A stretch of DNA of 64,000 nt. It comes from Terriglobia bacterium. GTDB taxonomy: Bacteria > Acidobacteriota > Terriglobia > 20CM-2-55-15. Below the pieces are notes generated by a model, which had not been told where the DNA came from, did not search any database, and worked only from the letters and a program-made list of their open reading frames with translations. Positions 1-8,610 of the stretch are shown in pieces. How positions within the stretch are numbered: the stretch's first letter is position 1; every line of letters starts with the position of its first letter. The DNA is taken from contig CBDCLE010000019.1 of the NCBI GenBank assembly GCA_965218585.1, forward strand, positions 96,001-160,000, in the 5' to 3' direction. The position numbers were made by a program, and so were the translations under genes.

Positions 1-1714
1 AAGAAGGCCATCTCGCCGACCACGTTGCCCGCAGGAAGGTAGGCCAGGACCTGCCTCTCCTGATCCTTCAATCGCCAGACCGTCACCGATCCCCGGCGAA
101 TCAGATGTAAACCGTTGTTGGGATCGCCCTCGTGGAAGAGTTCTTCTCCCTTCTTATAGGTTTCCACCATCTCTTATAGGTTTCCACCATCGCCTGAGCC
201 GCTAACTCCTGCAGTTCTTCCACCAGCACATCCGGCGCCAGCCCGGTCTGGAGTTTCCTGCGAACGAATACCTCATCGATTATGTTGTCCACTTCCGGCA
301 CCGAACTCTTCAGCCTGATCATCGATAAGCGCGGCGTCTCGATCAGAACGCACTGGTCCCCGGCAATCACTGTCGAGGATCTCCTACGGCCGGAGATCAA
401 GCTCATCTCGCCAAAGAACTCGCCTTCCCCCAGAACGAATTTTTGCTGCGTGGGTAGGGAGTCGGGGAGCCGGTCGATGTCGGTGTCGGCATCGGAGGGC
501 GGTGCCACGATCTGGACCCTGCCTCGCAGGATGGAATAGAAGCTATCGCTGTAATCATTGCGCTCGAATATGACCTCGCCTTCCGAAGGGGAGTGAATCG
601 TCGAGTCCACAAGAAACTCGCGGAGCTGAATCCGGGTGATGTTACTGAAGATGGGAAGCTTCCGACCGATCTCTTCAAGAATGGAATCAACGCTTACCTC
701 GAGAGTCCCGAAAACGTTTTCTAGTAGAGGCTCGTCAGCGGGAGTCACTGGATTTCCCAGTATCTGCTCAACGACTTCGTAGCCCTGGTTAACGCAGTTC
801 TTGATCAGCGGATAGCCGGCCACAGCACCGATCAGATACAGGCCGGCCACGTTGGACTCATAACGGTCCGAGATGACGGGCGCGGCGGCCGGGTCCGGTG
901 TAGGGAACTCGATGTTCAGACTCTCCAGAAATTTGCGGGGAGCGACGGCTCCCAGTCGACCAATGACGAGACTCGCCTCCACCCGCACCTCGCCGTCAGA
1001 CGTCTCCAGAACAATGTGATCCTCCTCGATCCTCTTGGGTCGTGAGGTGGGATAGTGGGTGATCTCACCCGACTCGATAGCCGCTTCAATCAGAGCACGG
1101 TTCTTCGGTTTCGCCTTGGGAAACTCCTCGCCCCGGTTAACAATCGAAACGTCGTTCTGTTGGGCCAGAGCCAGCGCGTTTTCGATACCCGCATCGCCGA
1201 CTCCGACGACGACGATTTGCCGGCCTTGGAACGCCGCCGGATCGTCAAGCTGGTACGCGACATGGGGCCGTCCCTGGCCCGGCACTCCGAACTTGCGCAA
1301 GTTGCCCTGGACACCAAAGGCAAGAACTGCGTTTCTGGACTTCAGGCGTTCGCCGTTCTTCAGGATCAGGGTGAAGAGGCCATCAGAAGTCTCGAGACCT
1401 GCGAGTTCGACACCCGGATCGCAAACCAGATTCGTTCCTGCTGCCTGGGTTTGCACCCGCCATGTCTCCAGAACCTCTTCCCGACTACCCTCCGCGAAGC
1501 CGAGGGCCATGTCCGAGTGTAACTGAAGCCTGGACGGCTCGGCCATGACCAGCTTGCCTTTCTGATACCGGAAGACCGTTTCGGCAAGGTTTCCCCGCTC
1601 GAGTACGATATGGGAAACGCCTCGTCTGGCTGCCTGGGCACCCGCAGCGAGGCCTGCGGGCCCTCCGCCGACTATAGCAATCTCGAAAGTTTTCTGGATA
1701 TCAGTCTCCTGCAT
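1..1714 (-). pseudogene. FAD/NAD(P)-dependent oxidoreductase (TrxB/YpdA-like) fused to two cyclic-nucleotide-binding domains; frameshifted by a 20-bp duplication, runs off the window edge
   Basis: GGGPAG FAD motif, second Rossmann VVGVGDAG, cNMP domain 1 (GEFFGEMSLISGRRRSSTV). Removing one copy of the 152-191 duplication restores ...VETYKKGEELFHEGDPNNGLHLIRRGSVTV...LAYLPAGNVVGEMAF, a second cNMP domain open to position 1. Confidence 0.8.
152..191. repeat. Perfect 20-bp tandem duplication TCTTATAGGTTTCCACCATC x2
   Basis: 152-171 is identical to 172-191. Confidence 0.95.
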
Positions 1715-3059
1715 CCCCGGCCTCTAAAACAGATTCCTCGCCCCCAGTCGCTCGAGATCGCTGCTCCAGGAAACCGGAAACCAACCACGCCAGCCCTCCA
1801 AGGACCAGGGCAAAGATCAACCAACCCAACACCATCGTTACCAGCGAAGCACTCAACTCGGGCCATGGGTACTGACCCAGTACAGCACCACGATCAACCA
1901 TCCAGTGCCATGCCGTATGGGCCACCAGCACCGAGAGCACGATGATTCCGATGCGTTCGGTTACCACGTACCGGAACAGCAATGCCAGAGCCGGTATGAA
2001 CAGCGCGAGAACGAAGAGCTGCCCCAGTTCTACACCGACATTGAACGACACAAGGGAGCCGAGAAGGTGTGATCCGGCAAACTGCAGGGTTTCCCGGAGC
2101 GCAAATGAGAATCCGAAGCCGTGAATCAGTCCGAAACCAAGCGTGATCATCCACCGGCGTTCTACGTTCTTTGCGACGATGTTCTCGATCGCCATGTAGA
2201 CAATCGACATCGCGATGAGCGTTTCTACCAGCGGAGGAAACCATAGTGATGTTGGCGCGAGACCATACGCAGAAGCTATGAGCGTGATCGAGTGGGCAAA
2301 GGTAAAGGACGTGACCACGAGCAGGAGCGAGCGAAAACGGCGAATCGGAATCACGAGACACAACAGGAAGAGCAGATGGTCGATCCCGTCCAGAATGTGG
2401 AGGAATCCGAACCCTACAAACCGAGCCGCAGCCTGGTGCCACCGGGGATCGAGTGTGACGACGCCCGGATCGCCCAGAACTTCGAAGGCACGGACGGCAT
2501 CGCTCGGGAGCATGAATCGAATGACGGTAAGCACCTCGAGTCCCAGTCGCTCCAATCCTGGCCGTATGGAAAACTCGGACTGATCCGATTGAATCGGGTA
2601 CTCGAGCGCAACGTCGAGCATGGCCTGTTGCCAGAACAGGTCGACGTTTTCGTCCAACCGGAGGCCCGTGATGTGTTCCCGGGCCGTCTGGTAGGAGGCA
2701 AACGAAGGGTCCGACGGCAAGGACACACGTGCAGCTACTATCGCCGGGATGGGAAGACGGTCACCGTCCTCGTAGATCTCGATGTCGTTGGCAAGCCACA
2801 GCGTTGTGGCGTTCTGCAGCAGAGTGTCGATTCCCCTCAGTTCCAGGTAACCGGGTCCTCGGGTCGGCCAATTAATGTCGACCATGGCCTCCAGGGGAAC
2901 CCGTATCAAGACATTCAGCTTCTGCCCTTCGGGCTTGATCCATGCCTGAACCGTCACGTCGCTGGGTATTTCGTGGGCGAGAACTTCCAACGGCAGCAAC
3001 AGAACGATCAATGCCACGAGAAGACCAATTGGCCATCCTCTTCTGACTCGATTAATCAT
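1701..3059 (-). CDS. HupE/UreJ family membrane protein with a large N-terminal extracytoplasmic domain
   Basis: Signal peptide ending VLA-HE; motifs HILDGIDHLLF, TSFTFAHSITL, FGLIHGFGF, FNVGVELGQ; multiple TM helices. Confidence 0.85.
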   Translation of the reverse strand: MINRVRRGWPIGLLVALIVLLLPLEVLAHEIPSDVTVQAWIKPEGQKLNVLIRVPLEAMVDINWPTRGPGYLELRGIDTLLQNATTLWLANDIEIYEDGDRLPIPAIVAARVSLPSDPSFASYQTAREHITGLRLDENVDLFWQQAMLDVALEYPIQSDQSEFSIRPGLERLGLEVLTVIRFMLPSDAVRAFEVLGDPGVVTLDPRWHQAAARFVGFGFLHILDGIDHLLFLLCLVIPIRRFRSLLLVVTSFTFAHSITLIASAYGLAPTSLWFPPLVETLIAMSIVYMAIENIVAKNVERRWMITLGFGLIHGFGFSFALRETLQFAGSHLLGSLVSFNVGVELGQLFVLALFIPALALLFRYVVTERIGIIVLSVLVAHTAWHWMVDRGAVLGQYPWPELSASLVTMVLGWLIFALVLGGLAWLVSGFLEQRSRATGGEESVLEAGDAGD

Positions 3060-3217
3060 CTATGTAGAGGGAGGGTAATGAGATCAGCCGTGACCTGACA
3101 AGCGAAAAGCGAACGATTTAATCTTAGGCTCACTAAACCAAGGTGTATATACTGGCGCCCTCAGAACCACATCCTGGTTCCTTGATTTGTCCAGACTTGC
3201 TCGATAGAGGGGGGATC

Positions 3218-4402
3218 ATGCAAAAGTCGATACCTTACATTGTCATAACCTGCGTCGCGGCGTTCGCCGTGGCTGGTTGTGCCGGGGAAACCGCTGTCGA
3301 GGGTACGGCGACCGACCAAGTCGCTTCGGGGCCCCAGGCACCCATGTTCGAAGTGGATCCATTGTGGCCTAAGCCTTTGCCCAACCACTGGATCCTGGGT
3401 TCAACCATCGGCGTATCGGTCGATTCGCGGGATCACATCTGGGTGATTCACCGGCAAACAACTTTCAACGCGGGTACCGAAATCGGCGCCACTGCAGACC
3501 CTCCCATCGGCGTGTGTTGCGTTCCCGCCCCAAACGTTCTGGAATTTGATCAGGAAGGAAACCTGGTCAGCTACTGGGGTGGTCCCGGCGAAGGATACGA
3601 GTGGCCCGCATCCAATCACGGGATAACCGTCGATCACATGGACAACGTATGGATCGGCGGCAACGGCGAACCTGACGCGCATCTCCTGAAGTTCGCCCGC
3701 GATGGAACGTTTCTGATGCAGTTGGGACGCTCCGGTGGCAACGCCGGCAGCAATGACCTGGAAAATTTCGGACGCGTGGCCAAGATCTCGGTCGACCCGA
3801 ACACGAACGAGGCCTATATCGCTGATGGCTACCTCAACAAACGTGTCGCCGTCATCGATGCCAGCACTGGAGAGTTCAAGAGATACTGGGGCGCCTACGG
3901 TAACATGCCTGATGATACCGATCTGGGCCCCTACGATCCGGATGCGCCTCCCGCCCAACAATTTCGCACTCCGGTCCATTGCGCCGAGATCTCAAACGAC
4001 AACTTTGTCTACGTCTGCGACCGCGTGAATAATCGCATCCAGCAGTTCGGGACCGACGGCACGTTCGTTGACGAGGTAATCATCGCGCCGCAGACGCTCG
4101 GCGCGGGTTCGGCATGGGATCTCACGTTCTCGAGAGATCCGGAACAGTCTTATATCTATATGGTCGACGGCGTAAACGAAAAGGTCTACATCATCCAGCG
4201 CGACACACTCGAAGTCCTGACCAGCTTCGGCGACGGTGGACGATATCCCGGACAGTTTTTCGGCGTGCACAGCGTTGCCACCGATGCGGCCGGCAACATC
4301 TATACGACCGAAACTTACGAAGGAAAACGTCTGCAGAAATTCGTCTACATGGGTATGGGGCCCGTCACTGAACAGGATCAGGGCGTCGTCTGGCCGGAAT
4401 AG
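3218..4402 (+). CDS. NHL-repeat beta-propeller lipoprotein, peptidyl-alpha-hydroxyglycine amidating lyase (PAL)-like
   Basis: ATG after a GAGGGGG RBS; lipobox VAGC; NHL-type repeats (FEVDPLWPKPLP, HGITVD, YIADGYLNKRV, YVCDRVNNRIQ, FFGVHSVATD). Confidence 0.75.
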   Translation: MQKSIPYIVITCVAAFAVAGCAGETAVEGTATDQVASGPQAPMFEVDPLWPKPLPNHWILGSTIGVSVDSRDHIWVIHRQTTFNAGTEIGATADPPIGVCCVPAPNVLEFDQEGNLVSYWGGPGEGYEWPASNHGITVDHMDNVWIGGNGEPDAHLLKFARDGTFLMQLGRSGGNAGSNDLENFGRVAKISVDPNTNEAYIADGYLNKRVAVIDASTGEFKRYWGAYGNMPDDTDLGPYDPDAPPAQQFRTPVHCAEISNDNFVYVCDRVNNRIQQFGTDGTFVDEVIIAPQTLGAGSAWDLTFSRDPEQSYIYMVDGVNEKVYIIQRDTLEVLTSFGDGGRYPGQFFGVHSVATDAAGNIYTTETYEGKRLQKFVYMGMGPVTEQDQGVVWPE

Positions 4403-4441
4403 ACCAGGAACGCCTGGATTCGCCGCTGAACCGGAGGAAGT

Positions 4442-6044
4442 ATGAACCCTAAAATGGGCCGGCGGACCTTTGTCCGGATGGCCGGCACGGCCGGAGCCGT
4501 CCTGGCCTCCGGGGGATGGGAACTCGCACACGGACAACAAGGGACCGCACTTGCGGCGCCAGGGCCGGATGCCGGAGAACGCGAACTGGTTTTGCTTGCC
4601 TTGGACGCCATCAAATCGGCCGGCGCCGCCTATGCCGACGTTCGGATTACCAGGCGGGATTGGGAATCGGTCAACACGCGTGAAAGACAGATCACCAGCG
4701 TCAACAACAACGAAAGTTATGGAATCGGGGTGCGGGCGCTCGTCGGAGGCTCCTGGGGATTTGCAGCAACTCAGGACCTCAGTGAAGCTGCTGTCGTCAG
4801 GGCCGCACGCGAAGCTGCGGCTGTGGCAGCCGCGAATGACCGTATCAATCCTGTCGAGACTGTCCTCGCTCCTGTCGAGGTCGTCGCCGACGGACGCTGG
4901 ATCACTCCGTACGAAATAGATCCCCTGGCGGTGTCGATCGAAGAAAAGGCCGAGCTGCTCTTCCGAACCAACGAGGAAGCCTTGAAAGTCGATGGCGTTC
5001 GCTTCGTAACGTCCGGCGTTTCCTCAGTGAGAGAAAGTCGATTGCTCGGTACAACAGACGGTTCGATGATTCAGCAGACTTTCTTCCGATTGCTTCCCTA
5101 CGTCAACGTTACTGCTGTTTCGAGCGATAATTCTGATTTTCAGAACCGGGATGCGGCGCTCTCACCTATGGGCAGCGGCTGGGAATATATTGTCGACCTT
5201 CAGCTACCCGAAAACGCTCTCCGCTGGGCCGAAGAGGCTGCGCGAAAGCTGACGGCCCCATCGGTAGAGCCCGGGGAATGGGATCTGGTCCTGGACCCGT
5301 CCCATTTGTGGCTGACGCTCCACGAATCGATCGGTCATCCGACGGAACTGGACCGTGCGGTGGGCTATGAGGCCAACTACGCAGGGACTTCCTTCCTCTC
5401 GCCACCTGAAGACGTTCTCAACAAATTCCAATACGGTCCGGAGTTCATGAACGTCGTTGGCAACCGAACCGAACTGGGTGGGTGCGCCACCTGCGGATGG
5501 GACGATGAAGGCGTTCCCGCAGGCAACTGGCCGATGATCGATAAAGGAATCTTCCGTCAACTACCAGACAACCCGCGAGTCGGCAGCGTGGATCTCGGAT
5601 CTAACGAACGTTTCAGACAGCCTGGGATGTTCCTATGGAGAGGGTTGGTGGGCTGTTCCCTTCCAGCGGATGCCGAACATCAGCCTGATGCCTAACGAAG
5701 AAAACATCAGCGAGGAGGAAGTCATCGCGGCAACCGATCGCGGAATCTATATCGAAGGGCGGGGCTCCTACTCGATCGACCAGCAGCGGTACAACTTTCA
5801 GTTTGGTGGGCAGAGTTTCTGGGAGATACGAGACGGCCGGCGCGGCCGCATGCTTCGCGATGTGGGATATCAGGCGCGCACACCGGACTTCTGGAATTCG
5901 ATGGCCCTGCTGGGAGGAGAACAGACCTACGAACTCGGCGCCACGTTCAACGATGGCAAGGGCCAGCCACCACAGGCCAACGCAGTCTCACATGGATGCC
6001 CGGTTGCCCTGTTCAGAAACGTCAACGTCATCAACACGGCATAA
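4442..6044 (+). pseudogene. tldD: TldD family metalloprotease subunit with Tat signal; split by a +1 frameshift near 5554
   Basis: RRTFVR twin-arginine leader; HESIGH zinc motif. The frame after CTTCC(5551-5555) reads VNYQTTRE...QRMPNISL...SYSIDQQRYNFQF...GKGQPPQANAVSHGCP, the TldD C-terminus. Confidence 0.85.
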
Positions 6045-6048
6045 GACG

Positions 6049-7410
6049 ATGCAGATTGAAAATACGGAAAGGCACGGCCTGTCATCAGATGAAGCACGTG
6101 AGTTAAGTCAGCGCATCCTCGGCTTTGCGCAGGCAGACAACACACGCGTAAATGTTTTCTCCGGAATTCGAGGGTTCACGCGCACCGCAGTCAACCGTGT
6201 AACGACTGCCGGGACTTCTGACGACACGACAGTGCGTATCACAAGCGTCTTCGGAAAACGCGTCGCCTCGGCAGATACAAACCAACTCGACGACACGTCC
6301 CTTGAGCGCGCAGTCGCCCAGTCTGAAGCACTCGCCCGTATTTCCCCGGAAGACCCTGAATATCTTCCCGAGTTGGGAGAGCAGGCGTTTCGGGAAGTGG
6401 ATGGTTATTACGCCAGTACCGGCGATCTGACCACGGAGTCGCGCGCCCGTGCCGCCTCCTCTGCAATCGACATCGTCGAAGAGTCGGATTCGGTAGCCGC
6501 CGGTTTCATCGATGTGAGGGCCGGCTCGGAGGCCATCGCGACATCGAACGGACTGTTCGGTTACCATTCGCAGACCAATGTGGCGTCAAGTCTGACAGTT
6601 CGAACGCCTGACGGCGGATCTTCCGGGTGGGCCGGCGACGAGGGTGCAGACTGGTCGTCGATCGATTCCGAACGAATCGCCGAAGATGCCGTCCAAAAGT
6701 GCCAGGACTGGCGTAACCCGACGCCGCTGGAGCCCGGCTTCTACGATGTCATTCTGGAACCGACGGCCGTCGGCAATCTGATGGTATTGATGATGAGGTC
6801 TTTCGGCGCGCGGCAGGCCGACGAGGGCCGAAGCTTCTTTTCCGGATTGGGCGGCGGCAACCGTCTGGGCGAGGAACTGTTCGACGAGCGTATAACGATC
6901 GTCAGCGACCCGGCCGAACCCAACAGCGAAACCCCGCCGTTCAGCCGAAGCGGATTGCCTGTGGGGCGCAACGTCTGGGTAGAAAATGGCGAATTGAAAA
7001 CTCTCTCATACTCCAGGTTCTGGGCTGAGGAGAAGGAGGTGGCGCCACGGCCGTTAGCTTCGAACCTCGTCATGTCCGGCGGAGATGCAACGCTCGAGGA
7101 CATGATTCGCGACACCCAACGCGGCGTTCTGATCACGCGCTTCTGGTACATTCGCAGCCTGAACCCGAGAACGATCGCCTACACGGGACTGACCCGGGAC
7201 GGCACGTTCCTGATTCAGGACGGACAGATTACCCGACCCGTCAATAACTTCCGCTTCAATCAGTCTCTCACCGACATGCTCGCCAGCATCGAGATGCTGG
7301 GCCGTCCCACACGTGTTTCGGCCTTCGGAGACGCTCAGAGCCCACCGATCGTCGTCCCTCCGCTTAAAGTCAGAAACTTTCAGCTCTCAAGCGTAAGTGA
7401 AGCAGTCTGA
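6049..7410 (+). CDS. TldE/PmbA family protein
   Basis: Directly downstream of tldD; motifs PGFYDVILEP, ARQADEGRSF, GVLITRFWYIR, TGLTRDGTF, PVNNFRFNQS; no HExxxH motif. Confidence 0.85.
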   Translation: MQIENTERHGLSSDEARELSQRILGFAQADNTRVNVFSGIRGFTRTAVNRVTTAGTSDDTTVRITSVFGKRVASADTNQLDDTSLERAVAQSEALARISPEDPEYLPELGEQAFREVDGYYASTGDLTTESRARAASSAIDIVEESDSVAAGFIDVRAGSEAIATSNGLFGYHSQTNVASSLTVRTPDGGSSGWAGDEGADWSSIDSERIAEDAVQKCQDWRNPTPLEPGFYDVILEPTAVGNLMVLMMRSFGARQADEGRSFFSGLGGGNRLGEELFDERITIVSDPAEPNSETPPFSRSGLPVGRNVWVENGELKTLSYSRFWAEEKEVAPRPLASNLVMSGGDATLEDMIRDTQRGVLITRFWYIRSLNPRTIAYTGLTRDGTFLIQDGQITRPVNNFRFNQSLTDMLASIEMLGRPTRVSAFGDAQSPPIVVPPLKVRNFQLSSVSEAV

Positions 7411-7431
7411 CCGGCAACGAGGGAAGTTCCG

Positions 7432-8511
7432 TCAACAGCGATCCGCGACATCAGCCGCAGCCGATAGAGCGCGACTCCTGGCCGCAAACTGTGTGGGGAC
7501 GTCACCCGCGCAAGGCAGAGTCTGGATCATCGGACTGTCATCGAGTGCATTCAATTCGATCGGGTCGGCCTGTAGCTTGAGATGCGCGAAAAGCGGCCGT
7601 CCACCACCGTCGATAGGGCGCAGATAGTCTTGGCTGCGAACTGCCGGCAAGAGCTTCAAACTCACCGAGCCGCGCACGTTACCACCAATCGCAAGAATTC
7701 GCCCGTCGGATTCGTCCAGTTTCACTACGATGTCACAGTGTGTCCGTGCACCGGCGCCGATCTGTCTGCGCCGTTCCGCGATGGTCTGATAGGCAGGCCG
7801 GCGGCCACTGCAGAGCAGGTCGCCTGGCTCGATAGCCGTATCGCCAACGTCGTATGCGACGAACGCCGCTCCGGTCGCAACGCCGTCACGGGCGCGGATG
7901 GCCTGGTCGATATATGTATGGTGGGCAATGGCGCGGCGGAACTGATCTCTATCGCCCAATCCACCTTCGCACATCACCCATGAAACGAAGGCAGCGGACC
8001 ACGGATCGCGCCATCTTGCCGCAACACCGTTACGCCCATTCCATGCAGCGTTCTGCCGGTCGAGAATCCAGGCGCCGTCCGGAGTGACCGCCCAGTAACC
8101 GGCGATTGAATCCGCGACCCGGGCCGATTCGACCGGGTCCCGACGCCGAAACCGACGTCGAGAATCTACTCCACTCACGCCAACCGTAAACTGAGGTCGC
8201 TCCTCAACCCTCGTCTGGTCGACGATCGTAAACCCAAAAAATCCCCATTCCTGCACCGCAATGTCGACGATCCGGCGACGGGTATCTCCAGTGGGAAGAA
8301 TCTCGCATGAGGTCCGCCGGATCGACATCTCTCCCGGCGCACCCTCGACCCGGTCCGTAGGAGGTGCCGCACCGAACTGTTCGGGAGGCAGCCGATCGAA
8401 AGGTGTTTCTTGCGCGTACCCGTTTAGTCCAAAGGGGACAAGCGTCAGCACGGCCAACAGTGAAAGAACCATCCTCAATATGAGTCTCCCCGATTCATTT
8501 TCGTCGAGCAT
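7432..8511 (-). CDS. Secreted DUF2272-domain (CHAP-like) protein
   Basis: Hydrophobic signal region; motifs PWSAAFVSWVM, PGDLLC, HCDIVV, IGGNVRGSV. Start codon uncertain (8511 or 8472). Confidence 0.7.
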   Translation of the reverse strand: MLDENESGRLILRMVLSLLAVLTLVPFGLNGYAQETPFDRLPPEQFGAAPPTDRVEGAPGEMSIRRTSCEILPTGDTRRRIVDIAVQEWGFFGFTIVDQTRVEERPQFTVGVSGVDSRRRFRRRDPVESARVADSIAGYWAVTPDGAWILDRQNAAWNGRNGVAARWRDPWSAAFVSWVMCEGGLGDRDQFRRAIAHHTYIDQAIRARDGVATGAAFVAYDVGDTAIEPGDLLCSGRRPAYQTIAERRRQIGAGARTHCDIVVKLDESDGRILAIGGNVRGSVSLKLLPAVRSQDYLRPIDGGGRPLFAHLKLQADPIELNALDDSPMIQTLPCAGDVPTQFAARSRALSAAADVADRC

Positions 8512-8610
8512 GGTAGCGCATTTTCGGCTTTCCACCGCGTTTATCAGGAAATTCTTTACACAACGGCGCAGAACCGGTAAGGCGGCCCTTTCGACTTCTG
8601 CCACAGGCTG

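Noticed and set aside
5670-6044. Separate 124-aa gene
   Set aside because: It is the frameshifted C-terminal part of tldD.
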